Shown here: positions 40,041-49,720 of the stretch, in pieces
Layout of the letters: each line of letters opens with the position of its first letter
Numbering within the stretch: position 1 is the stretch's first letter
Assembly (NCBI GenBank): GCA_964421015.1
Contig: CAYQUS010000003.1
Span: forward strand, 41,269-105,268
DNA length: 64,000 nucleotides
Source of the DNA: an uncultured Planctomycetia bacterium
Lineage (GTDB): Bacteria; Omnitrophota; Gorgyraeia; Tantalellales; Tantalellaceae
Direction of reading: 5' to 3'
Notes under the pieces: model-generated
What the model saw: only the letters and a program-made list of their open reading frames with translations
What the model was told of the DNA's origin: nothing
The model's database searches: none
Program-made: the position numbers and the translations under genes

Positions 40041-41699
40041 ATGGAAGCTGAAAAAAATATTAAAAAAGCCGATTTTGGCGTTCTTGCCGGTATAGAGGAG
40101 ATGTTAAGCGCTCCGGACCTGGGTATAGGGCCTGATGTTGTAATAGTGGTCAGTTCCTGCGAGGACGGCGCGTCTTTCTGGCAAAAGAGGCTCACCGGGG
40201 CGGACGGAGTGCATGGTTCGGGAGGCATAGTAAAGCCTTCCGCCGTAGTCCTTTCCGTGAGCGAGTCCAACTGGCATGGGTCCGCCGGCAACGCTCTTGG
40301 GACGATAAACGCCTTTTATGAAGCCGGTCGTATGGCCATGGAGCTCGGCCTTGTGCGGCCCTCAGGCGACGACATAGACCGGATCTTCAGTATTTTCTCG
40401 AATTTTTTAAAGGATAAAAGCGCTTTCATGTTCCATACCGCAGGCAAAGGAACAAGGTTGTCACCTCTTACGGCTGCGGAACATAATTCCAAGTCCAGAA
40501 TAAAGCTTCCTGGCATGGTACACACAAGAGAAGGGCAGGAGCCCATAACAGTGCTTGAGGCCGCCATCAGGGCCGCGGGAATATGCGCGCCCACAAGAGA
40601 AGGCCGCCTTTCGGTTTTCTGGGGAGACCAGATACTCCTCAACGAGCGCAATGTGAGGTCGGACAATACACACCATATAGAAATATTCGCTCAGCCTACG
40701 GAACTCGACGAAAGTATTAGGTCTTACGGGGTCATAATACCCTCTGGCGCTGGAGAGTGCAGACTTCGCGAAAAACTGCGCCCGGCTCTGATAAAGAAAT
40801 TATTCCCTGACGCGGCAGGAAATATATACAGGAGCATAGGATCATTCAGCATCACGCTTGAGGCCTTTGGAGCTTTCGCCGCGTCCGAGAAGAAAGCCGC
40901 TATTATGAGAAGCGGAGAGCTTAATACCGACAGCGGCTGGTGGCAGGCCCTTACTTCGGAGATGGAAGAGTATGTGGATCTACTTTCCGACAAGGGGCTT
41001 TCCCGGGCTAAGGCCGAGAAAAGATGGAAAAAGACCAGGAAAGTCAGAGATCAGCTCGTATCTGCCGGTAAAAACGTTTCGCCCAGAAAAGAGTTGATAG
41101 GATTCGTAGATACCGGGGCAGGTTCTCTCTGGATAGACTGCGGCCGATCTTCCAGTCTTTTTGAAAATATGCTTCTTTTGACCAAAAACACGCCCGAGGC
41201 CGTAGCGGCCAGGAAATTTTTCGGCCTTGACCGGGAATTTCAGGTTTCGTCGGATGCGCGCGGATTAATTTCGGAGAATTCGGCGGTAATAGCTTCCAAG
41301 GTAGGACGAGGCCGTCTCAAGAACTGCGTGGTGGTGGCCAGCGACATAGCGGAAGCGGAAGCCGAGGATTCGGTGATAATAGGGAGCGTTGTAACAAGGC
41401 TTAATGCCGGTTCCGCGCTGTGTTACAATGTTGTTTCCTCCCGGGAAAAACTGGGCAAAGGTGATGTGGCAGTTAATGTTTTCCATCCCGACAGGGGGCG
41501 GATAGTAATGAAGACCCACGTAACAAGGGACGGACAGGAGGATTGGGCCAAAAAGGTCAGGATCGGGGAGAACAGTTTTTCTTACCCGGAACTATCCGAT
41601 CTTGTAGGGGGAGTTTCCGAGGAAGATATAAAAAAAGCCAGGATGTCGGCCGTTAAGGCCGTTAAAAAGGAAAGGAAGAACAATGCAGAACACTCTTAA
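40041..41699 (+). CDS. Sugar-1-phosphate nucleotidyltransferase-like protein (fucose/mannose-1-P guanylyltransferase family). Stand-alone paralog of the nucleotidyltransferase segment of the 3043 aa giant protein
   Basis: Aligns residue-by-residue with ORF3 ('PDVVIVVSSCEDGASFWQKRL', 'AFMFHTAGKGTRLSPLT', 'RLSVFWGDQ', 'RLKNCVVVASD'). ATG 40041 (MEAEKNIKK) preferred over the ORF-track TTG 40005 (no RBS). Stop TAA 41697-41699 overlaps the next gene. Confidence 0.65.
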   Translation: MEAEKNIKKADFGVLAGIEEMLSAPDLGIGPDVVIVVSSCEDGASFWQKRLTGADGVHGSGGIVKPSAVVLSVSESNWHGSAGNALGTINAFYEAGRMAMELGLVRPSGDDIDRIFSIFSNFLKDKSAFMFHTAGKGTRLSPLTAAEHNSKSRIKLPGMVHTREGQEPITVLEAAIRAAGICAPTREGRLSVFWGDQILLNERNVRSDNTHHIEIFAQPTELDESIRSYGVIIPSGAGECRLREKLRPALIKKLFPDAAGNIYRSIGSFSITLEAFGAFAASEKKAAIMRSGELNTDSGWWQALTSEMEEYVDLLSDKGLSRAKAEKRWKKTRKVRDQLVSAGKNVSPRKELIGFVDTGAGSLWIDCGRSSSLFENMLLLTKNTPEAVAARKFFGLDREFQVSSDARGLISENSAVIASKVGRGRLKNCVVVASDIAEAEAEDSVIIGSVVTRLNAGSALCYNVVSSREKLGKGDVAVNVFHPDRGRIVMKTHVTRDGQEDWAKKVRIGENSFSYPELSDLVGGVSEEDIKKARMSAVKAVKKERKNNAEHS

Positions 41700-44529
41700 A
41701 TTCGGCACAAGCGGACTGAGGGATACCGTGACAAATATGACCGACCGCGAATGCTACATAAACACGGCCGGTTTCATAAGTTTTCTTAAAGAAAGAGGGG
41801 AGATCTCCGGAGAGAAATCCGCTATCGCTATAGCGGGTGACCTGAGAAGTTCGACTCCCAGGATAATGGCCGCGGTAGCCGCGGCCGCGAGGGATTCCGG
41901 ATGCGCGGTAGTTTCGTGCGGCAACCTTCCTTCCCCGGCGCTTGCCTATTTTGCCATGAGCAGAGATCTGCCCAGTGTGATGGTTACCGGCAGTCATATA
42001 CCGGATGACCGCAACGGGATAAAATTCACGAAGGTTTCCGGAGAGGTGCTAAAGACCGACGAACAGGATATATTGCGGAATGTTTCAGCTGTCAGGCAGA
42101 GAGCGGAAAAAGATCCCCGCGTTAAAGCCCTTTTCGGCGCGACAGGCATGTTCATCTCATCGCCTGAACCGGCAGGCAGGGAAGCGGAGAAAGAAGCCTT
42201 GAAGCTTTACCGTGAAAGGTACACCGGGGTTTTCCCGGCAGACAGTCTTAAGGGGCTAAAAGTTGTTTTTTATGAACATTCGGCGGTAGGCCGGGACATT
42301 ATCGCGGAGATACTCGAGAAACTGGGGGCGACACTTATTCGTGTGTCGAGATCCGACAAGTTCGTTCCGGTGGATACCGAAAAAATATCAAAAGAGACCC
42401 TGGAGCTTCTTAAGAAATGGTCTTCGGAGCACAGGCCTTTCGCTATAGTTTCTACCGACGGAGATTCCGACAGGCCCCTTGTCGCAGATGAGAAGGGGGC
42501 GTTCATACCAGGTGATAAACTGGGCGCTCTGGCAGCCATGTACCTTAACCCTGATTTCGCGGCGGTGCCGGTGAGCGCCAATGACGCCGTGGTAAGCGCT
42601 CTTACCTCCAGAGGAGTTAAAGTTAAACAGACGCGGATAGGTTCCCCATATGTGGTAAAAGCCATGATAGACGAGATGGCTACTTCTCCATCCTCCAAAA
42701 CAGTAAGCTGGGAATCCAATGGCGGATTTCTTCTGGGTAGCGCCTGGGTTTTCGCCGGGAAAAAACTGAAGGAACTTCCGACAAGGGACGCGGTATTGCC
42801 GATAGTGACTCTTCTTATGATGGCAAAAAAACGGGGGAAGGCAATATCTGAGATAGTAAGCGAGGATATGCCCGCAAGATATACCGACGCCGGAGTGGCC
42901 GACAACGGAACTCCGGGATGTGAGAAATATACCGCAGAGATGGGGACGCGTATAATAAACGCTTTTTCGCCGGCGAGAAAAGATATCTTGGAGGCCGTGT
43001 TCTCCAAGGGTGAAGTAAAGGTCCCGGGAGCGGATATAAGCCAGGCGGACAAAGAGAACCTAAAGGCGATAAAAGACAGGTTGTCGTCATATTTTGACCG
43101 GTCGAAAGGGTTTGGAGAAATAAAGAACATTAACTTCGTGGACGGGATAAGGGTCTATTTCGAGGGAGGGGATGTGGTGCACCTGCGCCCTTCGGGCAAC
43201 GCCCCGGAATTCAGGTTATATGCCACGGCGGACACCACCGAAAGGGCCGGCGCGATAGTTTCTCTTAAGGACAAGATCCTTCCTCTCGTAATAAAGGACA
43301 TTTCTGTTCCCGGTGCAAGGTCGGTAGGGGCCATGGCGTCTTCCGAATGCGAACTCGACGAGGAAATAGTCTCTTCGGTTTCAAGAGGCGAACCTTTCCT
43401 GATAGAGCCGTACAGGGAGCCCAAGGTATGGGGAGTTGGCGGCATCGGGGAGTACTGGTATGGTCCGGGGGACGAGGAAAAAAGTTCGCTGGCCGTAATA
43501 GCCGGTAAAAAAGTCCTTATGGGGGTGCTTGTTTCTTCTTTGCCGGAAGATGTTCTCGGAGGGAAGGTCATAGAGAAATTCGGGGTTATGGCTCCGCTTG
43601 TAAAGATACTGACCCCTAAAGGGAGGCTCTCGGTACAGTTCCATGACGCCAAGAACGAACTTTGGATAGTGACCTCATGCGACAACTCTCTGGTTGAAGG
43701 CGGCAAGAATTGGATAATACTGGGATTCAGCGCCGCATCGGTGGAAAAGTACGGAAATAAGGTCACGGAACATTACGGCAAAGCTCTGGGGGTTTACGGA
43801 AAAACTCTCAACGCGATGATATCCGCCATCGAAGCCTGCGGACAGGAGAAAAAAGATCTTTTGAAAGAGACCAGAGATGTTCTCTCCGCCGCCGAAAAGG
43901 TCAAATCGGAAAGTCCCGCCGTGGCCGGGGCGCTCAAGGATTTTTTAAAGGCAAAAAGTGACGTGGAGTATTTTTACTCCTATAGGCAGGTTAACGCTGG
44001 TGACGTTATCCCGGTACCGTCAGGTACTTTGCATGCCATGGGTCCGGGTGTTTATGTTATAGAACCCCAGATAGCCGGTCCTACCCAGTCGCTCGAAGAC
44101 GGGACCACGTATCCGGTAAGGTATTATTTCCCGGGGTATCAGAGAGAGGACGCCGTGAAAAGACTGGATATAGACAGAGTAGGGGAAATGCGGCCCGAAG
44201 TTACCACGGACATACGTCCCGAGACAGTCGAAAAGGGCGAGGGTTACATCGTTGACAGGCTACCCGGAGACTTTGCCGACAAGGGGCTTGAAGCCCACAG
44301 AATAAAGTTTGTAACTAAAGCCTTTATAAGGAGATGCAACAACGACAGCATGCACAGTTTTTCCGCCACAATGGGGGAAGCTTTCGTGGATTTCTCAGGT
44401 AAAAGCTACGCTATACCAAAAGCCGCTCCGGGCGCTTCGATGCTTATAGTCCCGGCCTCTTGCGGAGAATATGTCTTAAGAGCCGGTACCGGAGCCGAAA
44501 TAATAGATACTTTTACCCCGGTTTCTTAG
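41683..44529 (+). CDS. Bifunctional phosphomannomutase/phosphoglucomutase fused to a type-I phosphomannose-isomerase (cupin) domain. Paralog of the C-terminal half of the 3043 aa giant protein
   Basis: RBS aaggaaagga + ATG 41683, 17-nt overlap with the upstream gene. 'FGTSGLRDTV' (41698), 'TGSHIPDDRNGIKF' (41984), 'DGDSDRPL' (42457), 'RPSGNAPEFR'. PMI-like 'VQFHDAKNELWIVT' (43636), 'PVPSGTLHAMGPGVYVIEPQ' (~44000), 'YPVRYYFPGY'. Confidence 0.8.
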   Translation: MQNTLKFGTSGLRDTVTNMTDRECYINTAGFISFLKERGEISGEKSAIAIAGDLRSSTPRIMAAVAAAARDSGCAVVSCGNLPSPALAYFAMSRDLPSVMVTGSHIPDDRNGIKFTKVSGEVLKTDEQDILRNVSAVRQRAEKDPRVKALFGATGMFISSPEPAGREAEKEALKLYRERYTGVFPADSLKGLKVVFYEHSAVGRDIIAEILEKLGATLIRVSRSDKFVPVDTEKISKETLELLKKWSSEHRPFAIVSTDGDSDRPLVADEKGAFIPGDKLGALAAMYLNPDFAAVPVSANDAVVSALTSRGVKVKQTRIGSPYVVKAMIDEMATSPSSKTVSWESNGGFLLGSAWVFAGKKLKELPTRDAVLPIVTLLMMAKKRGKAISEIVSEDMPARYTDAGVADNGTPGCEKYTAEMGTRIINAFSPARKDILEAVFSKGEVKVPGADISQADKENLKAIKDRLSSYFDRSKGFGEIKNINFVDGIRVYFEGGDVVHLRPSGNAPEFRLYATADTTERAGAIVSLKDKILPLVIKDISVPGARSVGAMASSECELDEEIVSSVSRGEPFLIEPYREPKVWGVGGIGEYWYGPGDEEKSSLAVIAGKKVLMGVLVSSLPEDVLGGKVIEKFGVMAPLVKILTPKGRLSVQFHDAKNELWIVTSCDNSLVEGGKNWIILGFSAASVEKYGNKVTEHYGKALGVYGKTLNAMISAIEACGQEKKDLLKETRDVLSAAEKVKSESPAVAGALKDFLKAKSDVEYFYSYRQVNAGDVIPVPSGTLHAMGPGVYVIEPQIAGPTQSLEDGTTYPVRYYFPGYQREDAVKRLDIDRVGEMRPEVTTDIRPETVEKGEGYIVDRLPGDFADKGLEAHRIKFVTKAFIRRCNNDSMHSFSATMGEAFVDFSGKSYAIPKAAPGASMLIVPASCGEYVLRAGTGAEIIDTFTPVS

Positions 44530-44574
44530 GCGCTCCGCCCCTTCACAGGTCCTGAGGAAAAGGCATAAGTCGTG

Positions 44575-44603
44575 TTGACACCGTTATATAAATCCGTTAA
44601 AAT
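44575..44603 (+). promoter_or_regulatory. Sigma70-type promoter of the ABC-permease/glycosidase operon
   Basis: TTGACA (44575-44580), 17-nt spacer, TAAAAT (44598-44603). Confidence 0.55.
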
Positions 44604-44651
44604 AATAGGGCTAACTATCATACATTTGAAAAGCGTAAAAGAAGGTAGTTG

Positions 44652-45560
44652 ATGGCCGGTAATAATTTTTTGAAGAAGCTCAATCAGCAGAAGATGTCCT
44701 ATCTTTTTATAGCGGTTCCATTTACGCTTTTTTTCGTATTCCAGGTGGCTCCGGTCGCGATATCTTTTCTGTGGTCCTTCACTGAGTACAATGTCATACA
44801 ACCACCCAAATTCATAGGTCTCAGCAATTACAGGCAGCTTCTTTTCAGCGATCCTCTTTTTTGGAAGGCTCTCAAGAATACGGCGATATATGTGGCGGGT
44901 GTTGTGCCTCTGGGGGTTTCTCTTTCCCTTCTTCTTGCAGTGGCCATAGACCAGAAGATCAAGTTCAAGAACTTTTTTAAATCGGTGTTCTTTCTGCCCA
45001 CAGTCACGGCCATAGTGGCTGTTTCGGTCATATGGAAATGGCTTTATGCGGGGGAGAAGTACGGTCTTTTGAATTTTTTTCTGATAAAGCTCGGGTTTGA
45101 ACCTTTGGACTGGCTGACAAGCCCGGAATGGATACTGCCCGCCATAATGATAATGTCCATATGGGCCGGGCTTGGGTACAGCATGATACTGTTTCTTGCC
45201 GGTCTGCAGACTATTCCACACTCGATGTACGAGGCGGCCGAGATAGACGGAGCCGGGTTCTGGCACAGGTTTGGTCACATAACGCTGCCGCTTCTAAGGC
45301 CCACTATAGTTTTCGTTTCCATAATGAGCTTTATCTCCAGTTTTCAGGTTTTTGAACAGGTGTACATAATGACGGGAGGACAGGGCGGGGTAGGTGGGGT
45401 GCTCAATTCCGCGCTCACGATCGTTTCATATCTTTACGACAAAGGTTTTGTGAAATTTCAGATGGGCTACGCTTCGGCTATCGCTTATGTCATCTTCGCG
45501 GTGGTTTTTGCCGTCACGGTGATGAACAAACGTTTTATGAGAGCTAACTTTGACTACTGA
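44652..45560 (+). CDS. ABC sugar transporter permease (MalF/UgpA-type, binding-protein-dependent inner-membrane component)
   Basis: EAA-like motif 'EAAEIDGAGFWHRFGHITLPLLRPT' with 6 predicted TM helices. RBS gaagg. The ORF track begins at TTG 44649 but the adjacent ATG 44652 is preferred. Promoter TTGACA-N17-TAAAAT at 44575-44603. Confidence 0.8.
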   Translation: MAGNNFLKKLNQQKMSYLFIAVPFTLFFVFQVAPVAISFLWSFTEYNVIQPPKFIGLSNYRQLLFSDPLFWKALKNTAIYVAGVVPLGVSLSLLLAVAIDQKIKFKNFFKSVFFLPTVTAIVAVSVIWKWLYAGEKYGLLNFFLIKLGFEPLDWLTSPEWILPAIMIMSIWAGLGYSMILFLAGLQTIPHSMYEAAEIDGAGFWHRFGHITLPLLRPTIVFVSIMSFISSFQVFEQVYIMTGGQGGVGGVLNSALTIVSYLYDKGFVKFQMGYASAIAYVIFAVVFAVTVMNKRFMRANFDY

Positions 45561-45573
45561 TTGATGGAGAGTT

Positions 45574-46422
45574 ATGCTGCCTAATGCCATAGAACACAAA
45601 GAGACCTGGGGAGTAAAAGCGATGATATACGCTTTTCTTATAGCCGGAGCCGTTACCATGGCTCTGCCCTATGTCTGGATGTTCGTAACTTCCATAAAAC
45701 CGCTCGATGAGATACAGGCTTACCCTCCAAGTTTTCTGGTAAAGAACCCGACCTTGGAGCCGTATAAGGACCTTTTCAAAATGATCCCAATGGGAAGGTA
45801 TATACTGAATAGCCTCTTTGTGGCCGGGGCTATAACGCTTTTCAATGTGTTCGCGACATCGCTTGCCGGGTACGCTTTCGCCAAACACAATTTCTGGGGC
45901 AGGGACAATCTGTTCCTGCTTCTCATAGGGTCTCTTATGGTGCCATGGCAGGTCAACGTGATACCAGGTTTTATCATCGCCAAACATCTGGGATGGCTGA
46001 ACAGTTACCTGGGCCTTATAATACCTCCTATGGCGTGCTGCGCTTTCGGTATTTTCCTGAGCCGGCAGTACATATACAGCATACCCAACGACCTTATAGA
46101 CGCGGCCCGGATAGACGGCTGCGGGGAGTTCACTATATACCTCAGGGTGGTCCTTCCCCTGATTAAGCCGGTAATAGCCACCATAGCCATATTCACTTTT
46201 CTTCAGCAGTGGAACAATTTCGTCTGGCCGCTTGTCATAATACACGCGGGCGAGATGAGGACCCTGCCTCTTGCCCTGGCGGTCCTTACGGGGCAGTTCG
46301 GAGCGAATTTCGGTATGGTCATGGCCGGAGCGGTCGTGGCTACGCTGCCTATACTGGCGGTGTACCTGGCTTTCCAGAAATATGTGATAAGAGGTATTGC
46401 AATGATCGGGATAAAAGGGTAA
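45574..46422 (+). CDS. ABC sugar transporter permease (MalG/UgpE-type)
   Basis: 'DAARIDGCGEFTIYLRVVLPLIKPV' EAA motif, multiple TM helices. Starts 13 nt after the previous stop with RBS gatggagag. Confidence 0.8.
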   Translation: MLPNAIEHKETWGVKAMIYAFLIAGAVTMALPYVWMFVTSIKPLDEIQAYPPSFLVKNPTLEPYKDLFKMIPMGRYILNSLFVAGAITLFNVFATSLAGYAFAKHNFWGRDNLFLLLIGSLMVPWQVNVIPGFIIAKHLGWLNSYLGLIIPPMACCAFGIFLSRQYIYSIPNDLIDAARIDGCGEFTIYLRVVLPLIKPVIATIAIFTFLQQWNNFVWPLVIIHAGEMRTLPLALAVLTGQFGANFGMVMAGAVVATLPILAVYLAFQKYVIRGIAMIGIKG

Positions 46423-46462
46423 AATTCGCTAACGCTCGTCTAACGGAACGGAAGGAAGGATA

Positions 46463-48142
46463 ATGTCGAAAAAGATGCGAAGGAACACCGGTGTTTTTCT
46501 CGGGTTTTTGTTTATGTGTTTTTTAGCGGTTTCCGGTTGCGGCGGAGCCAAGGGGACAGATAGCGCCAAAGACGCTAAAACGGTTCCCGCGCAGGTTTCA
46601 CAGCCGGCAAGGCAAACCGCCAAAGAAGCCGACATAAAGACCGTTCAGGTAGCCGCGGATGATACTTTGGCCTATATAAAGGCCGTTGCGGCCGAGGCTT
46701 CGAGTTTCGACCAGACCCCGGACTGGGCCCCTGATCCCAATCCGATGAACGCTTACGACGGAGACATGCTTACCAGGTGGTCAAGCGATTACCACGAAGG
46801 GCCCCAGTGGATATATTTCGATCTTGGGAAAGAAAGCGTAGTGTCGAACGTCATCATAAGATGGGAAAGGGCTTACGCTACCGACTACAAGATATTGGCC
46901 TCCAATGACGGCGAATCGTGGAAAGAGGTCTATCACGAGACTGCCGGCAACGGCGGCTCGGACGATATAAGTTTCGCTCCTGTAAAATGCCGTTACATCA
47001 AGATGCTGGGGCTTGGCCGTGTCAACGAGGACTGGGGTATTTCCGTATGGGAAACCGAGATATACGGGCCCGGTTCCCACAATCCCCATGCCGTAAAAAC
47101 AAAAGAAGAATATCTGGGGGCGGCCGACGATACCAACAAAAGAAAAGAAGCCGATGAGGCTCTCGAGGCTATCGCCCAGGAGCCCGTGGCTTTGTCGGTC
47201 AACCCTTTCCAGAAGGGCCTGGTTTATACTTCCTGGATGGGGGAGGAGTTCCTCTCTCCCGCCTCGGACATAACCCTCGTGTATCTTAAGAACGCCGGGT
47301 ACGACTCCATAGCCATAATGGTGCCGGCATATCAGGACAGCATAGAATCAAAGGTTGTTTTTACCAACGATACCTCCGACGGAGACACTCCCACCGACGA
47401 GGCTTTGAAACACGTTATAGCTTCCTGCAGGAAGATCGGGCTTAGAGTGATGGTGAAACCCCACGTGGACCCCAGGACCAACGAGGCCAGGATAAACATA
47501 ATGCCCTCCGAAGAATGGTTCGACAGTTTTGAGGCGTTCACTCTGAGGTACGCTCGCCTTGCGGCCGAAACCGGAGCGGAAATGTTCTGCATAGGCACAG
47601 AGCTTGAAGCCACCACTTTCGAGGCCTGGACGCACAGGTGGGAAAGGCTGATAGACAAGGTAAGAGAGGTTTATAAAGGAACTCTTACTTACGCCGCCAA
47701 CTGGACAGAGTACAAAGAGGTTCCTTTCTGGAACAAACTGGACTTTGTAGGTATAGACGCGTATTTTCCCCTTTCGGGAAGTGAAGATCCATCCCAGGAA
47801 GATCTTATTTCGGCTTGGGAAAGGATAGCCGATGAGATAGGAGCCTGGAGAGAGTCCATGAAACTTACCGACAAAGGAGTGGTGCTCACGGAGATAGGAT
47901 ATCCGTCCGCCAGGGGAGCGGCTATACAGCCCTGGGCGGCTATTTCCGCGACGGAAGATCAGAAAGCCCAGGCGGAGAGCCTTAACGCTGTCTTTACGGT
48001 GTTAAGCAAGCGGCCATGGTTCCAGGGGTACTATGTGTGGCAGTATTTTCCTCAGGAAAGATGGAGCCCGCTGGGGTTCACGGTAAAAGGGAAACAGGCA
48101 GAAGGAATAATGACAAAATGGCTTAAAGGTACAGAACAATAA
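46463..48142 (+). CDS. Lipoprotein glycoside hydrolase: F5/8 type C (discoidin) carbohydrate-binding domain + clan GH-A TIM-barrel glycosidase (GH113/GH5-like, possible beta-mannanase)
   Basis: Lipobox 'LAVSGC'. Discoidin motifs 'DGDMLTRWSS..WIYFDLG..YKILASNDGESW' (46700-47080). Catalytic domain paralogous to 49721..50806 ('MVKPHVDP', 'FCIGTELE', 'VLTEIGYPSA'). Confidence 0.6.
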   Translation: MSKKMRRNTGVFLGFLFMCFLAVSGCGGAKGTDSAKDAKTVPAQVSQPARQTAKEADIKTVQVAADDTLAYIKAVAAEASSFDQTPDWAPDPNPMNAYDGDMLTRWSSDYHEGPQWIYFDLGKESVVSNVIIRWERAYATDYKILASNDGESWKEVYHETAGNGGSDDISFAPVKCRYIKMLGLGRVNEDWGISVWETEIYGPGSHNPHAVKTKEEYLGAADDTNKRKEADEALEAIAQEPVALSVNPFQKGLVYTSWMGEEFLSPASDITLVYLKNAGYDSIAIMVPAYQDSIESKVVFTNDTSDGDTPTDEALKHVIASCRKIGLRVMVKPHVDPRTNEARINIMPSEEWFDSFEAFTLRYARLAAETGAEMFCIGTELEATTFEAWTHRWERLIDKVREVYKGTLTYAANWTEYKEVPFWNKLDFVGIDAYFPLSGSEDPSQEDLISAWERIADEIGAWRESMKLTDKGVVLTEIGYPSARGAAIQPWAAISATEDQKAQAESLNAVFTVLSKRPWFQGYYVWQYFPQERWSPLGFTVKGKQAEGIMTKWLKGTEQ

Positions 48143-48162
48143 TCCAAAAGGAGGGACAAAAA

Positions 48163-48747
48163 ATGAAAAAGAGTATGTTGGTTGCGGTGATACTGTGTTT
48201 CTTTGCCGCGGGACTCTCGTTCGCGGGAGAGGATGTTCTTTTTAGTTTCGAAGGCGGCACGGAAGGATGGGAGATCCCGGATTGGGCCTATGAAAAACCG
48301 GACCATGTCCAGGAAGCCATAAACATTTCGGAAGAGTTCGCTTCTAACGGGGCCAACAGCCTTGAGGTAGAGGCTGTTTTTCCGGGCGGCAGATGGGCCG
48401 GAGCCATAGTTGAGACCATGCAGTATTTCGACTGGTCGGAATACAACAAGCTGGCCTGCGATATCTATCTTCCTGCTGACGCGCCTCTCGGGCTCAAGGC
48501 CAAGTTCATACTTACTGTGGGCGACAACTGGCAGTGGGTTGAGATGTCACGTTCCTACGATCTTAAGCCGGGCGAGTGGGTGACCGTAGAGGCGGACATA
48601 GCTCCGGGCAGTATAGACTGGCGCAGAGTCGAGGTAGGAGAGGCTTTCAGGCAGGATATCAGAAAGATAGACATAAGGGTTGAGTCTAACAATAAACCCG
48701 CTTATTCCGGACCTTTCTACATAGACAACGTAAGGGTCATAAAGTAA
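48163..48747 (+). CDS. Secreted beta-sandwich protein, putative carbohydrate-binding (CBM-like) module
   Basis: Signal peptide 'MKKSMLVAVILCFFAAGLSFA', RBS aaaggaggg. Paralog of 48776..49513 ('FPGG.W...VE..QY.D.S.Y......D.YLPADAP.GL.AK.ILTVGDNW..VEM.RS..L.PGEWVT'). Confidence 0.6.
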   Translation: MKKSMLVAVILCFFAAGLSFAGEDVLFSFEGGTEGWEIPDWAYEKPDHVQEAINISEEFASNGANSLEVEAVFPGGRWAGAIVETMQYFDWSEYNKLACDIYLPADAPLGLKAKFILTVGDNWQWVEMSRSYDLKPGEWVTVEADIAPGSIDWRRVEVGEAFRQDIRKIDIRVESNNKPAYSGPFYIDNVRVIK

Positions 48748-48775
48748 AAAATCAACGTATCAGGGAGAGGTCTTT

Positions 48776-49513
48776 ATGGAAAAGACGAAAAAGTGTGTTT
48801 TATGCGGGGCCGGCGGGCTTTTTTTGGCCGCGATAGTGTTTCTTTCGGGATGCGCTCAGGAAGACGCGACAAAACCCATGGCCATGAAGCAGGCCGAGAC
48901 CGGAGTGAAGTCGGACTCGCTTCAGCTAGCCGATAAAACCCAGACGGCCAAGGAAGAGGTTCCCGTGCCTTCAACGGCGCCTATAACCGAAGAGAGGTCC
49001 TACTACGATTTCGAAAGAGGCGACCTTGCCGGATGGGAAGTTCCGCAATGGGCCGAGGGTAAGAACGACTACGTGGCTAAAAAAGCGGAGATCTCCCAGG
49101 ATTTCGCTTCCAAGGGGACGAGCAGTATGAAGGTTACGGCGGATTTCCCCGGAGGGTACTGGACAGCGGCCCTTGTGGAAATACAGCAGTATCTTGATCT
49201 CAGCAAGTACAGGGTCATAAGCGTTGACGTTTACCTGCCGGCAGACGCGCCTGTGGGTCTCAACGCCAAGCTCATACTGACAGTCGGCGACAACTGGCGT
49301 TTTGTGGAAATGAACAGAAGTTTCCCGCTTATGCCGGGCGAATGGGTCACCATAACGGCCAGTCTTGAGCCCGGAAGTTACGACTGGAAAAGAGTGGTTC
49401 CGGACGAGAAGTTCGCGGAAGACGTAAGGAAGATAGCCGTAAGGATAGAGTCGAACAACAAGCCCAAGTACACGGGCGTAGTATACATAGACAACGTGAG
49501 AGTCGGAAGGTAA
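48776..49513 (+). CDS. Lipoprotein paralog of the preceding secreted beta-sandwich (CBM-like) protein, with a longer Ser/Thr-rich N-terminal tether
   Basis: Lipobox 'FLSGC'. ~45% identity to 48163..48747 over the C-terminal 160 aa. RBS gggagagg. Confidence 0.6.
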   Translation: MEKTKKCVLCGAGGLFLAAIVFLSGCAQEDATKPMAMKQAETGVKSDSLQLADKTQTAKEEVPVPSTAPITEERSYYDFERGDLAGWEVPQWAEGKNDYVAKKAEISQDFASKGTSSMKVTADFPGGYWTAALVEIQQYLDLSKYRVISVDVYLPADAPVGLNAKLILTVGDNWRFVEMNRSFPLMPGEWVTITASLEPGSYDWKRVVPDEKFAEDVRKIAVRIESNNKPKYTGVVYIDNVRVGR

Positions 49514-49720
49514 AGCGTTCCGGAATATCTTTCCTTCCGCGAGTGAGAGCGGCGCGATATAAGCTGAGTTCACCCGCGGAAGGAAAGAGGGTTTTTATTA
49601 TGCGGTTTTGTCCCGAAATTTCTCCGAATACGAATGAAACACCGCGGGTGAACACCGCGGTTTCAGATAGATGAAATAAAACTTAAAAGAAAACGGCTCG
49701 AGCTGAAAAGGGAGAAGGCT

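Noticed and set aside
41629-41699. Frameshifted pseudogene interpretation of the 40041..41699 / 41683..44529 pair (since the ORF3 paralog is continuous here)
   Set aside because: The downstream gene has its own good RBS (aaggaaagga) and ATG, and the upstream frame ends in a clean TAA. Both copies retain catalytic motifs. A 17-nt overlap is a normal coupled-gene arrangement. A sequencing error cannot be excluded, so this is noted in the findings.
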